64,000 nucleotides of DNA, taken from contig OZ241907.1 in the NCBI GenBank assembly GCA_965203515.1, positions 3,424,001-3,488,000 on the forward strand. The letters run 5' to 3'. Source of the DNA: Spirochaetia bacterium. GTDB lineage: Bacteria; Spirochaetota; Spirochaetia; SZUA-6; Bin103. Positions 1 through 10,047 of this stretch are shown here, one piece after another (position 1 is the first letter of the stretch; every line of letters begins with the position of its first letter). A program made the translations under genes and the position numbers. Under the pieces are notes generated by a model, which did not search any database, was not told the origin of the DNA, and saw only the letters and a program-made list of their open reading frames with translations.

Positions 1-2117
1 TACGGATCGAGCGGCAGGTCGCCGTCCCGTGCCTCCGCGAACAGCAGCCGCTCCAGGTCGACCGGCAGGCGATCGGCGCCGCGCAGCACGTAGCCGGCGC
101 GGAGGTCGGCATCGTCGCGGATGCTCTCGCGCAGGGGGAACAGGACGTCGAACGCGGTGGCGCCGCGGTGGTACGGCACCGCGCGCCGCGTGGTGCCGGT
201 GGCCGCGGCGCCGGTGACGAGCTGCTGCTCGGTGGCGGTCTGCACCTGATCGACGTCCCCGCTCGTGCGCGTGGTGGTCACCGTCGTGGGGGCCGGCAGC
301 GACAGCGCGCCTTCCACGTAGACGACCGGCACCGGCCGGCGGCGGACCGCCACGGCATCTTCGTCGCGCAACGGCGTGGCGCCGCCGGAGCGGAAGTCGA
401 CGGCGATCGATCGCGGCGCGGCGCCGGGGCCGGTGATCTGCCGGGTGATCGTCACGCGGGACGGGTCGGCCTGCGCGGTGAGCCCTTCCCCGTACCGCTC
501 GATCAACTCCGTGAGCTCCTCGCCGTCCAGGAGCTGGTAGGTTCCCGGCCTGCGGACTTCGCCGGCGAGCCGCACCTCCCGCCCGCGGGCGCGGAACGTG
601 ACGGTCGCCCCCGGCGTCAACAGCGGGTTGTGGGCCAGTTCGCCGAACCGCCTCCAGCGAAACAGATCGTAGCTGCGCCGCCGGCCGTTCGCCAGCTCGA
701 CGTCGATCCGGCGGATCGACGTCCAGGGCGTGCGAACCTCCGGCACGACGTCGTTCAATCGCGTCAGCGGGCTCACGGTGATCTGCTGCGCTCGGGTGAT
801 CTCGCCGCGCAATGCCACCTCGAAACGCCGCGCCGGGATGATGATGCGGTCCAGGGGCGCAAGCTCGCGGTCGCCCGCGCGGGACCCGCCGTGCAGCAGC
901 AGGTCCAGGTCGATCGGCTCCTCCGGCGCGCCGAGACGGGCAAAGACGGCGTTGGCCAGATCGGCGCCGGGGACGATCGATTCGCGTATCCGCGACAGGG
1001 CGTCGAACAGCGTCTCCCCCGGCCGGTACCGGTGGATGATCCGATCGCTCTCCGCCCCCACGGCTCCTTCGAAGAAGACCGCCGGCCGCAGCGTGTCCCG
1101 GCTGCCGACCGCCACGACGTCACCGTCGCGCAGCGGCGCGCCGGCCAGCTCCAGGTCCCACGCCGCGTAGCGGGTCGTGCCGCGTTCATCGGCCCGGTAC
1201 GCGCCGCTCGCCGGCAGCGGCGTGCCGTCGCAATCGAAGAGCGCGGCGGCCGCGGCGCCGCCGTCCGATCCCGGCGCGCGCGCCTCGCCCAGACTGTCGA
1301 TGCGCACCCGCTGCAGATCGGCTCGCGGCGTGAAGCCGTCGGCGAAGGCGACCAGGTCAGCGAGCCCTTCACGGTCCAGCAGCTGGTAGGCGCCGGGCCG
1401 CCGCACCTCGCCGCGGATCGTTACCGAACGCGCGCGCCGGCTCACGCAGATGCGGTCGCCCGGCTGCAGGTACGGGTCGTGCGACCGAACCCCGAACCGT
1501 TGCGCCCGGAACAGATCGAACACCTCGACGCCGTCGCCCCGCTCGATCCGTACGTCGCGCGCCGACGCGTGCTCGGTCAGTTGGCCGTCCAGGACCCCGC
1601 TCAGCCGGCTCAGCCCCCAGGCGGCGGCATGGTCGGCGGTCTCGACCGCGCCGCGCAGGTGCACCTCGAAGGTGCCGACGGCGGTCAGGAGCAGCGACGG
1701 ATTGCTGCCCGGATAGGCGTCCTTGACGAGCGCGACGGTCCGGCTCCGCAGGTCTTCGAACCGCATGCCGCGCCCGGCGAGCACCCCGAACGCGCCCAGG
1801 TCGACGGTGTAGTCGCCGCGCACGATGACCGGCTCGCTGAGGCGCGTGACCGCACCGGCGCGCGCCGCGGCGGCGGGCAGGTAGGAGAGGTGGTAGGTAT
1901 CGCCGGGCGTCACGGGGTATTCCGGCGTGGCGAGCGCCAGCGACAGCCGCTCCTGCGCCCGCTCCGCTGGCGACTGCTCCTGCGTCCGCTCCGGCGCGCG
2001 TTCCTGCGTCCGTACCTGTGGCGAGGTCGGTCCGGGCGCCGCCAGCAGGAGGGCGGCGGCGAGCAGGTACGCGGGCGCGCGGGGGCGGATCGCCGCCCCG
2101 GTCTCCCGGAACGTCAT
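1..2117 (-). CDS. SLBB-domain polysaccharide export protein (Wza/KpsD-like), 3' end outside window
   Basis: Hand translation from ATG 2117: signal-like YLLAAALLLAA, then EYPVTPGDTY and repeated SLBB motifs (VTIRGEVRRPGAYQLL, VRLAGEVRRPGTYQLL) in one frame. Absent from the ORF track, presumably because it runs off the window edge. Confidence 0.8.
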   Translation of the reverse strand, partial: MTFRETGAAIRPRAPAYLLAAALLLAAPGPTSPQVRTQERAPERTQEQSPAERAQERLSLALATPEYPVTPGDTYHLSYLPAAAARAGAVTRLSEPVIVRGDYTVDLGAFGVLAGRGMRFEDLRSRTVALVKDAYPGSNPSLLLTAVGTFEVHLRGAVETADHAAAWGLSRLSGVLDGQLTEHASARDVRIERGDGVEVFDLFRAQRFGVRSHDPYLQPGDRICVSRRARSVTIRGEVRRPGAYQLLDREGLADLVAFADGFTPRADLQRVRIDSLGEARAPGSDGGAAAAALFDCDGTPLPASGAYRADERGTTRYAAWDLELAGAPLRDGDVVAVGSRDTLRPAVFFEGAVGAESDRIIHRYRPGETLFDALSRIRESIVPGADLANAVFARLGAPEEPIDLDLLLHGGSRAGDRELAPLDRIIIPARRFEVALRGEITRAQQITVSPLTRLNDVVPEVRTPWTSIRRIDVELANGRRRSYDLFRWRRFGELAHNPLLTPGATVTFRARGREVRLAGEVRRPGTYQLLDGEELTELIERYGEGLTAQADPSRVTITRQITGPGAAPRSIAVDFRSGGATPLRDEDAVAVRRRPVPVVYVEGALSLPAPTTVTTTRTSGDVDQVQTATEQQLVTGAAATGTTRRAVPYHRGATAFDVLFPLRESIRDDADLRAGYVLRGADRLPVDLERLLFAEARDGDLPLDP

Positions 2118-2164
2118 CGGCGCCGATCGTACCACACCGGCGCGGCGTTCCCGGTCTTCGCCTC

Positions 2165-2758
2165 TCAGGACGCTCCCGCGTCAGGAGCCGCCGCGATGAC
2201 GCCGCCTGCCGTCAGGGCGGCCGCGATCGCGCGGGCGGCGTCGTCGGGCGGCGTGCGCGTCGTGTCGATGACGATCTCCGGCGCGGCCGGCGTCTCGTAC
2301 GGGGACGACACGCCGGTGAAGTCGGCGATTTCGCCGCGCTGCGCCCTGGCGTACAGGCCCTTGGGATCGCGTCGCCGGCACTCGGCCAGCGGGCACCGCA
2401 CGTACACTTCGAAGAAGCGGCCGCCGGGCACCGCGGCGCGGGCGGCGTCGCGCGCCGCGGCGATCGGCGAAATCAGCGCGCAGATCACCACGTGCCCGGC
2501 GTCGAAGAACAGCCTTGCGGCGTGCGCGGCGCGCCGGACGTTCTCGCGCCGGTCGTCCATGGAGAAGCCCAGGTCCCCGCACAGGCCGTGCCGCAGGTCG
2601 TCGCCGTCGAGCACGGCCGCCGACACCCGCCGCCCGAACAGCATCCGCTCCAGGTGCGCGGCTATGGTCGACTTGCCGGCGCCGGACAGCCCGGTCAGCC
2701 ATACCACCGCCGCCCGATGGCCGTTGCGCGCCTCGCGATGCTCGCGCGTGACCGCCAT
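2165..2758 (-). CDS. cysC: adenylyl-sulfate (APS) kinase
   Basis: VVWLTGLSGAGKSTIA P-loop, LDGDDLRHGL, RRENVRR, RDPKGLY, FTGVSSPYE; start trimmed to ATG 2758. Confidence 0.95.
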   Translation of the reverse strand: MAVTREHREARNGHRAAVVWLTGLSGAGKSTIAAHLERMLFGRRVSAAVLDGDDLRHGLCGDLGFSMDDRRENVRRAAHAARLFFDAGHVVICALISPIAAARDAARAAVPGGRFFEVYVRCPLAECRRRDPKGLYARAQRGEIADFTGVSSPYETPAAPEIVIDTTRTPPDDAARAIAAALTAGGVIAAAPDAGAS

Positions 2759-2837
2759 CGCCCGCTCACCTTGGCCCGCCGCCGGGGCGCTGTCAATGCG
2801 AGGGGGCGCCCCGCTTCCTATGCTATGATCGGCCGCC

Positions 2838-3833
2838 GTGAGAACGTTCCGCGAGGCGCTGGCCGGCGGCGGGGTGCTGCTCTCCGACGGGGCCTTCGGC
2901 ACCGAGCTGTTTGCGCGCGGCGTAGACCTGCCGAACAGCGCGCTCGCCACCGAGCTCCGCCCGGACGTGGTGCGCGCGGTCACCGCCGAGTACGTCGCAG
3001 CGGGCAGCGATCTGGTGCAGACCAACACCTTCGTCGCCTCGCCGCTCCACCTGAAGATGGCCGGCCGCAGTGGCGCGGACGCCGGTCCGATCGTGCGCGC
3101 GGCGGTGCGGCTGGCGCGGGAGGCGGCGGCCGCGGCGGACCGCCCGGTCTACGTCGGCGGCAGCATCGGCCCGTCGCCGGGCGCGATCGAGGCGGACGCC
3201 GGCGACACGTCGTTCGGCATTCCCGACGTGGAGGTGCGCCGGGCGCATCGCGCGGTGGCCGGATCGCTGGCGGAGGCGGGCGCCGATCTGCTCTGCCTCG
3301 AGACGATGTTCTCCGCCACCGAGGCGGCGATCGCGGTCGACGAAGCGCGTGCGTTCGGCGTACCGATCGCGATCAACCTGACGCTCAAGTACACCCGCGA
3401 CCGGCGGAGCGGCGCGACCGTGTACCGCACCGACTGGGGCCACTCGGTCGGCGATCTGCTCGACCTGCTGGCGTCGGGCCGGTACAGCGCGGACGGCGGC
3501 GACCTGCTGCCGTTCGTGGACGTGATCGGCGTGAACTGCGGCGCCGAGCAACGCCGCGCCGAGCACACCGGCATGCCCTACGCCGTGGAGGCGATCCGCC
3601 AGCTCGCGGCTGCGCTGGCCGCGCGCGGCATCGCCGGCAAGATCCTGATGGCGTACCCCAACGCCGGCATGCCTCGCCTGACCGCCGGCGGCGTCCGCTA
3701 CGACCAGACCCCGGAGCGCATGGCGGCCGAGGCGCCGGCCGTGGTGGCGGCCGGCGCCTCGATCGTGGGCGGCTGCTGCGGCACCGGCCCCGCGCACGTC
3801 CGCGCCATCCGCGCCGCGCTGCTCGGCCGCTGA
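2838..3833 (+). CDS. homocysteine S-methyltransferase family protein (stand-alone)
   Basis: LLSDGAFGTEL, QTNTF, GGSIGP, LETM, GVNCG, YPNAG, GGCCGTGPAH Zn-binding motifs. Confidence 0.9.
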   Translation: MRTFREALAGGGVLLSDGAFGTELFARGVDLPNSALATELRPDVVRAVTAEYVAAGSDLVQTNTFVASPLHLKMAGRSGADAGPIVRAAVRLAREAAAAADRPVYVGGSIGPSPGAIEADAGDTSFGIPDVEVRRAHRAVAGSLAEAGADLLCLETMFSATEAAIAVDEARAFGVPIAINLTLKYTRDRRSGATVYRTDWGHSVGDLLDLLASGRYSADGGDLLPFVDVIGVNCGAEQRRAEHTGMPYAVEAIRQLAAALAARGIAGKILMAYPNAGMPRLTAGGVRYDQTPERMAAEAPAVVAAGASIVGGCCGTGPAHVRAIRAALLGR

Positions 3834-3881
3834 AACCGCCGCCGCGCGTCCCGTCACGCCGCGGGCCGGTATACTGGATCG

Positions 3882-5549
3882 ATGGCCGCCGGATCGAGCG
3901 CCGCGCCGCAGGCAACCAGGTCGAAGACGACCAAGCCGAAGACAACCAAGGCGAAGACAATCCGGCACTGGGCGGACGCCGCCGCCGAACGGATCGTGCG
4001 CACGCGCGGCGAGCGGGACCGATACGTGCTGGCGGCCGGCATCACCCCCTCCGGCGTCGTCCACTTCGGCAACATGCGGGAGATCATCACCCCCGAGCTG
4101 ATCGCGCGCGCGCTGCGCCGGCTGGGGTACGCGGTCCGCTTCATCTACCTGTGGGACGATTACGACCCGTTCCGCAGCGTGCCGGCCAATCTGCCCGGCA
4201 GCGGCTGGGAGCGCTGGCTCGGCACGCCGCTGGCCGAGATGCCCGATCCGTACGGCGCCGCCGGCAGCTACGCCGGCCACTTCGCGGGCGTGTTCCAGGA
4301 GCAGATGGCGCGACTCGGCATCGCCCCGGAGTGGCTCTCGCAGGCGGAGCGCTATACCGGCGGCGCGTATGCCGCCGGGGTGCGCACGGCGCTGGCGCAC
4401 CGCCGCACGCTGCGCGCGCTGCTGAACCGCCACCGCGCGGAGCCGCTGGCCGACGACTGGTGGCCGGTGGAGATCTACTGCCGGTGCGGCGCCGGCCTGG
4501 CCGGCACCGTTCCGGTCGAGTGGGACGGCGCCGACGCCCTCTCCTACCGCTGCTCGGCCTGCGACCGCCTGCGGGTCGCCGATCTGCGCCGCGGCGACGG
4601 CGTCAAGCTCGGCTGGCGGGTCGACTGGCCGATGCGCTGGGCGTACTACGGCGTCGACTTCGAAGCGGCCGGCAAGGACCACCACACCGCCGGCGGTTCC
4701 TGGGATACCGCCGTGCCGATCGCGCGCGAGGTGTTCGGCATCGAGCCGCCGGCCACGCTCAAGTTCGACTGGGTCAACGTCCGCGGCGTCGGCACCATGG
4801 CGTCGTCGAGCGGCCGGTTGATCTCGGTCGCCGACGCCCTGGCGGTCTATCAGCCGGAGGTGGTCCGCTACCTGTTCGCGCGCACCCGCCCCGACCGCGA
4901 GTTCGAGGTCTCCTTCGACCTCGACGTGCTGAAGACCTACGAGGACTACGACCGCGCCGGGCGGGTCCATCGCGGCGCGGAGCCGGCCGCGGAGGCGCGC
5001 CGCGTGCGCGAGGGGCGGGCGATCGAGCTGAGCGAGGTGGCGCCCGGCGGTCCGGTCCCGGCCGGGCAGGAGGCGGTCCCGTTCCGCCACCTGTGCAGCC
5101 TGCTGCAGATCCGCGACGGCGACGTGGACGGGGTGGTCGACGGAGTGATCGACGGCCGGCCGGCCGGCGACGCGGCCGGCAGCCGGCTGCGCGCGCGCGC
5201 GCGGTGCGCCTGGCACTGGATCACCGCCCACGCGCCTGCGGAGTTCCGCTTCCGGCTCCGCGCTGCCGATGCGCCGCCGGTGCCGGTCAGCGCGCCGGTG
5301 GCCGCCGCCGTCGCCGGCCTGCGCCGGCAGCTCGCCGGGTCGGCGGGCGGCGGCGCGCCCGACCCGAAGGCGCTGCACCAGGCGATCTACGACCTGGCCG
5401 CCGCGCACGGCCTGGAGGCGCGGGAGCTCTTCGCGGAGTGCTACCGCATCCTGATCGACCGGGATCGCGGCCCCCGGCTGGCGGAGTTCATCCTCACCAT
5501 CGGCGTCATCCGGATCGACGCGCTGCTCGCCAACGTCACGGCGCGATGA
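3882..5549 (+). CDS. lysS: class I lysine--tRNA ligase
   Basis: HWAD, GITPSGVVHFGNMRE, WDDYD, KLGWRVDWPMRW, GKDH, MASSSG, GPRLAEFI. Confidence 0.95.
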   Translation: MAAGSSAAPQATRSKTTKPKTTKAKTIRHWADAAAERIVRTRGERDRYVLAAGITPSGVVHFGNMREIITPELIARALRRLGYAVRFIYLWDDYDPFRSVPANLPGSGWERWLGTPLAEMPDPYGAAGSYAGHFAGVFQEQMARLGIAPEWLSQAERYTGGAYAAGVRTALAHRRTLRALLNRHRAEPLADDWWPVEIYCRCGAGLAGTVPVEWDGADALSYRCSACDRLRVADLRRGDGVKLGWRVDWPMRWAYYGVDFEAAGKDHHTAGGSWDTAVPIAREVFGIEPPATLKFDWVNVRGVGTMASSSGRLISVADALAVYQPEVVRYLFARTRPDREFEVSFDLDVLKTYEDYDRAGRVHRGAEPAAEARRVREGRAIELSEVAPGGPVPAGQEAVPFRHLCSLLQIRDGDVDGVVDGVIDGRPAGDAAGSRLRARARCAWHWITAHAPAEFRFRLRAADAPPVPVSAPVAAAVAGLRRQLAGSAGGGAPDPKALHQAIYDLAAAHGLEARELFAECYRILIDRDRGPRLAEFILTIGVIRIDALLANVTAR

Positions 5550-6274
5550 TCGATCCCCTGAAGGCGGAGCTGGCCCGCGCGGCGGTGGCGGCGCTGGTCC
5601 GCGACGGTCAGCGCCTGGGGCTGGGATCGGGCTCGACCGCGATGGAGGTGGTGCGCCGCGTCGGCGCCGAGGCGGCGTGCGGACGCCTGGCCGGCCTCAC
5701 CTGCGTGGCGACCAGCCGGCAGGCGCAGATCGCCTGCTGGGAGCACGGTCTGTCGACGGTGGAGCTGGGCGATCCTGCGGTGCGCGGCGAGGTCGACCTG
5801 CTGATCGACGGCGCCGACGAGGTCGATCCCCGCTGGCGGCTGACCAAGGGCGGCGGCGCGGCGCTGCTGACCGAGAAGATCGTGGCCGCCGCCGCCGACC
5901 GCTACGCGATCGTGGTCGACGCCGGCAAGCTGGTCGGCCGCCTCGGTTCGCGCCATCCGGTGCCGGTGGAGGTGGCGCCGGTCGCGCTGCCGGTGGCGCA
6001 GCGCGCGCTCGCCGCGCTGGGGTTCGAGGGGACCGTGCGGGAGGCGATCCGCAAGGCCGGCCCGGTGATCACCGATCACGGCAACCTGATCGTCGACGCG
6101 CGGCCGTCCGCCCCGTTCGATCCGCAGGAGGTCGAGCGCGCGCTCGCCGCTGTGCCGGGCGTGGTCTGCGTTGGTATCTTCACGCGACCGGTCGACGACC
6201 TGTTCGTCGGCCGAGACCAAACCGACGTCACCCGGTACCGGCCGGGGGAGGATGCACATGCTGAGCGCAGGTGA
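5546..6274 (+). CDS. rpiA: ribose-5-phosphate isomerase A
   Basis: GLGSGST, IDGADEVD, KGGGAALLTEKIV, ITDHGN; ATGA overlap with lysS stop. Confidence 0.95.
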   Translation: MIDPLKAELARAAVAALVRDGQRLGLGSGSTAMEVVRRVGAEAACGRLAGLTCVATSRQAQIACWEHGLSTVELGDPAVRGEVDLLIDGADEVDPRWRLTKGGGAALLTEKIVAAAADRYAIVVDAGKLVGRLGSRHPVPVEVAPVALPVAQRALAALGFEGTVREAIRKAGPVITDHGNLIVDARPSAPFDPQEVERALAAVPGVVCVGIFTRPVDDLFVGRDQTDVTRYRPGEDAHAERR

Positions 6275-6716
6275 CCCCGCGCCCGACTTCTCGCTCCAGG
6301 ACCAGGACGGCAACACCTGTACCCTGGCCGACTTCGCGGGCCGGCAACTGCTGATCTACTTCTACCCGCGCGCCGACACGCCCGGCTGCACCAGGCAGTC
6401 GTGTTCGGTGCGCGACCACGCGGCCGAGCTGGCCGCCAAGGGCGTAGCGGTCGTGGGCGTCAGCCCGGACGGCGCCGCCGCGCAGAAGCGGTTCGACGCC
6501 AAGTACTCGCTCGGCTTTCCGCTGCTCTGCGATACCGAGCACGCCATGGCGAACGCCTACGGCGCGTGGCGCGAGCGCACGGTGTTCGGCAAGCTCGGGC
6601 TCGGCGTGGTCCGTTCGGCCTTCCTGGTCGGTCCCGACGGCACGCTGCGCGGCGCGTGGTCGCCGGTGACGCCGGCCGACACCGTGCCCAACGCGCTGGC
6701 GGCAGCCGGGGGGTAG
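6258..6716 (+). CDS. bcp: thioredoxin-dependent peroxiredoxin (BCP/PrxQ)
   Basis: APDFSLQDQDG, YFYPRADTPGCTRQSC; GGAGG upstream. Confidence 0.93.
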   Translation: MLSAGDPAPDFSLQDQDGNTCTLADFAGRQLLIYFYPRADTPGCTRQSCSVRDHAAELAAKGVAVVGVSPDGAAAQKRFDAKYSLGFPLLCDTEHAMANAYGAWRERTVFGKLGLGVVRSAFLVGPDGTLRGAWSPVTPADTVPNALAAAGG

Positions 6717-6720
6717 CCTG

Positions 6721-7773
6721 ATGCACGCCGCCCTGCTGCTGTCCGGCGGCGTGGACAGCTCGGTGGCGCTGGTGCGCCTGCAGGAGGCCGGCGCGCGCGT
6801 GACCGCCTTCTACCTCAAGGTGTGGCTGGAGGAGGAGTTGGCCGGCCTGGGCGACTGCCCCTGGCAGGAGGACCTGCAGTACGCGCGCGCGGTGTGCCGG
6901 CGCCGCGGCGTGCCGTTGCACGTCGTGTCGGTGCAGCAGGAGTATCTGGAACAGGTGCTGGACTACGTCGTGCGCGAGCTGCGCGCCGGCAACACGCCCA
7001 GCCCCGACCTGCTGTGCAACCGCCACATCAAGTTCGGGGTGTTCGTCGACCGCTACGCGGCCGGCTTCGACGCGGTCGCCACCGGTCACTATGCGCGCGT
7101 GTCGCGTACGCCGGCCGGCCCGCGGCTGCTGACCGCTCCCGATCCGGTCAAGGATCAGACCTATTTCCTGGCGTACGTGAACCGGCGGCAGCTCGCCCGC
7201 GCCGCCTTCCCGATCGGCGACGCCTGCAAGGCGCGCGTCCGCGCCGAGGCGGCCGGCCGCGGCCTGCCGACCCGCGGCCGGCCCGACAGCCAGGGCATCT
7301 GCTTCCTGGGCCGCATCAGCTACCGCGACTTCGTCCGCCGGCGGCTCGGCGAGCTGCCGGGGCCGATCGTGGAGCGGGAGACCGGCCGGCTGCTCGGCCG
7401 GCATCGCGGCCACCACTTCTTCACGGTCGGCCAGCGGCAGGGGCTGGGGTTGGGCGACGGCCCCTGGTACGTGGTGCGCAAGGACGCTGCGGAGAACCGC
7501 GTCACGGTGAGCCGCACGCCGGCCGCGTACGCCGGCCGAGCCTTTACGGTGCGGGGCGCCAACTGGATCGGCGGCGGCCCGCCGAGCGGGGCGGCGCGCG
7601 TCAAGATCCGCCACGGGCCGGCCGCGCTCGCCTGCACGGTCATGCCGACCGCCGCCCCGGACCGGGTGGTGGTCCGCACCGACCGCCCGCTGGCGGTCGC
7701 GTCCGGCCAGTTCGCGGTCCTCTACGACGGCGACGAGTGCCGGGGCGGCGGCGTGATCGAGCCGCCCGGGTGA
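6721..7773 (+). CDS. mnmA: tRNA-specific 2-thiouridylase
   Basis: LSGGVDSSVA, TPSPDLLCNRHIKFG, ATGHYA, KDQTYFL, DSQGICF, TVGQRQGLG. Confidence 0.95.
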   Translation: MHAALLLSGGVDSSVALVRLQEAGARVTAFYLKVWLEEELAGLGDCPWQEDLQYARAVCRRRGVPLHVVSVQQEYLEQVLDYVVRELRAGNTPSPDLLCNRHIKFGVFVDRYAAGFDAVATGHYARVSRTPAGPRLLTAPDPVKDQTYFLAYVNRRQLARAAFPIGDACKARVRAEAAGRGLPTRGRPDSQGICFLGRISYRDFVRRRLGELPGPIVERETGRLLGRHRGHHFFTVGQRQGLGLGDGPWYVVRKDAAENRVTVSRTPAAYAGRAFTVRGANWIGGGPPSGAARVKIRHGPAALACTVMPTAAPDRVVVRTDRPLAVASGQFAVLYDGDECRGGGVIEPPG

Positions 7774-9209
7774 GCGGCCCGGGGCGGGTCACCCTGGTCG
7801 GCGCCGGCCCCGGCGACCCCGGCCTGCTGACCGAGCGCGGCCGCGACGCGCTGGCGGCGGCCGACGACGTGGTCTACGACGCGCTGGTCTCGGAGCGGAT
7901 CGTCGCGGCGTGCCGCGGCCGGCGCCACTTCGTGGGCAAGCGCGCCGGGGTGCGGGCGCTGCCGCAGGCCGGCATCGAGGCGCTGTTGGTGCGGCTGGCG
8001 CGCGCCGGCCGCCGCGTCTGCCGGCTCAAGGGCGGCGATCCGTTCGTGTTCGGCCGCGGCGGCGAGGAAGTGGAGGCGCTGAGGCGCGCCGGCGTCGAGT
8101 ATCAGGTGATCCCCGGCGTGACCGCCGCCCTGGGGGCCGCCGCGTTCTGCGGCGCGGCGCTCACGCACCGCGACCGCTCCTCCTCGGTGGCGTTCTGCAC
8201 CGGCCACGCCGAACCGGTGCCGGTGCCGGCCGTCGACACGATCGTCTACTACATGGCGGCGGCGTCGCTGGCGCAGGTCGCCGCCGCGGTGCTGGCCGCC
8301 GGCTGGCCGGCGTCGACGCCGGTGCTGATCGTGCGCGATGCCACGCTGCCGCAGCAGCGGAGCACGGCGACCGACCTGGGCCGCATCCGGGCCGGAGCGG
8401 TCACCGCCGCGTCGCCGAGCGTGATCGTGGTGGGCGGCGCCGCGGCCGGCGCCGCGGCCGACGGCGGCTGGTACGCGCGGCGCCGCAAGGTGCTGGTCAC
8501 CGGCCTGCGCGCCGAGCCGTTCGCCCACCTGGGCGAGGTGATCCACACGCCGCTCATCGACACGGCGCCGGCCGCCGACCGCGCCGCGGTGCGGCGCGCG
8601 ATCGGCCGCCTGGGCGCCGGCCCGGACCCCTTCGACCACGTCGCGTTCGCCAGCCGAGCGGCGGTCGACCACTTCGCGCGCGAGTTGCTCGGCGCCGGCC
8701 GCGACGCCCGCGCCCTGGCCGGCGTCGGCGTCGCCGCGGCCGGCGCCGTGACCGCCGCGGCGCTCGCTCGCTTCGGTCTGCGCGCCGACGTGACCGGTGA
8801 CGGATCGGGCGCCGCGGGGCTGACGGCCGCCTGCGCCGCCGCCGGCGTGCGCGGCGCCCGCATCCTGCTGCCGGCCTCCGACCTGACCCGCCCCGCGCTG
8901 GCCGACGGCCTGCGCGCCGCCGGCAATGCCGTGGAGGTGGTCACCTTCTACCGCACCGTGCCGCGGCCCGACCCGGTACGGGAGGAGCTGGCCGGCATCG
9001 CCGTGGCGACCTTCTCCTCGCCGTCCGGGGCGGCCGCCTTCCGCGCCCTGTACGGCGGCGGGCTGCCGGCCGGCCTGGAGCTGCTCGCCCTGGGCGAGCT
9101 GACCGCGCAGGCGGTGCGCGACGCGTACCCGCGCCGCGCGGTGCGCGTCCTCAGCGGATCAGCCGCTCCAGCAGCGCCCGGTCCCGGCGCCAGTTGCGCT
9201 GCACCTTGA
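7770..9209 (+). CDS. cobA: uroporphyrinogen-III C-methyltransferase / uroporphyrinogen-III synthase fusion (CobA-HemD)
   Basis: LVGAGPGDPGLLT, RLKGGDPFVFGRGGEE, C-terminal HemD-like half (FASRAAV, FSSPSGA); GTGA overlap with mnmA stop. Confidence 0.9.
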   Translation: MSGPGRVTLVGAGPGDPGLLTERGRDALAAADDVVYDALVSERIVAACRGRRHFVGKRAGVRALPQAGIEALLVRLARAGRRVCRLKGGDPFVFGRGGEEVEALRRAGVEYQVIPGVTAALGAAAFCGAALTHRDRSSSVAFCTGHAEPVPVPAVDTIVYYMAAASLAQVAAAVLAAGWPASTPVLIVRDATLPQQRSTATDLGRIRAGAVTAASPSVIVVGGAAAGAAADGGWYARRRKVLVTGLRAEPFAHLGEVIHTPLIDTAPAADRAAVRRAIGRLGAGPDPFDHVAFASRAAVDHFARELLGAGRDARALAGVGVAAAGAVTAAALARFGLRADVTGDGSGAAGLTAACAAAGVRGARILLPASDLTRPALADGLRAAGNAVEVVTFYRTVPRPDPVREELAGIAVATFSSPSGAAAFRALYGGGLPAGLELLALGELTAQAVRDAYPRRAVRVLSGSAAPAAPGPGASCAAP

Positions 9210-10047
9210 CCCGCAGGTCGAGCCGCGCCGGCCGCCCCAGCACCCGGCTCAGCTCCGCCTGCGCGCCGCTGCGGATGGCGGCGATGCGCCGCCCGCGCTC
9301 GCCGATCACGATCCCCTTCTGCGACTCGCGCTCGACGTTGAGGAAGGCGCGGATCCAGACGCCGCGCGGGTCGGTCTCCAGGTCCGCCACCGCTACGTAC
9401 ATCGCCTGCGGCAGCTCCTGACGCGTGGCGCGGATGGCGTGGCTGCGGATCACCTCGCCGACCCGCAGCGCCTGCGGCTGATCGGTATAGCGGTCGTCCG
9501 CGTACATCGGCGGACCGGCCGGGCTGAGCGCGATGAGCCGTTCGACCAGCTCCTCGACCCCGTCGCCGCGCACCCCCGAGACGCGGTGCACGGGGCATCC
9601 GGCGAGCGCCGGGGGAACTGCGGCGGCGCCGCCGCGCCCCGCCGCCGCAGGCCGGTCGGACTTGCCGAGCGCCACGACCACGGCGCCGTCGAAGCTGCGC
9701 GCCAGCGCGGCGATGGCGTCCTCTTCCGCGCCGCCCGCGCGCGACGGATCGATGACCGCCAGCACCACGTCGACCTCGCGCAGCGTGGCCGCGGTGAGCG
9801 CCTGCAGGCGGGCGTCGAACGGCTGCGGGGAGTCCTGGAAGCCGGGCGTGTCGATCAGCAGGAGTTGGCCGCCGGCGCGGGTGGCGATGCCGCGGATGCG
9901 CGACCGGGTGGTCTGCGGCGATGGCGCCACGATCGCCAGGTCGTGCCCGCACATGCGGTTGATGAGCGTCGACTTGCCGGCCGACGGCCGGCCGATCACC
10001 GCCACGGCGCCGCTGCGGTGCGGGCCGACGGCGCGTGCGCTACCGAT
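9151..10047 (-). CDS. era: GTPase Era (probable ATC start at 10047; first canonical GTG at 10005)
   Basis: RSGAVAVIGRPSAGKSTL, PQTTR, DTPG, KH motif SQKGIVIGERG, VKVQRNWR. Confidence 0.92.
   Translation of the reverse strand: MGSARAVGPHRSGAVAVIGRPSAGKSTLINRMCGHDLAIVAPSPQTTRSRIRGIATRAGGQLLLIDTPGFQDSPQPFDARLQALTAATLREVDVVLAVIDPSRAGGAEEDAIAALARSFDGAVVVALGKSDRPAAAGRGGAAAVPPALAGCPVHRVSGVRGDGVEELVERLIALSPAGPPMYADDRYTDQPQALRVGEVIRSHAIRATRQELPQAMYVAVADLETDPRGVWIRAFLNVERESQKGIVIGERGRRIAAIRSGAQAELSRVLGRPARLDLRVKVQRNWRRDRALLERLIR

Noticed and set aside
2018..6274. Apparent giant N-terminal extensions or fusions (1418-aa rpiA, 795-aa cobA, 751-aa apbE, 1187-aa helicase, 614-aa GGDEF)
   Set aside because: Stop-free alternative frames over upstream genes; real starts sit at or just after the stop/start junctions.
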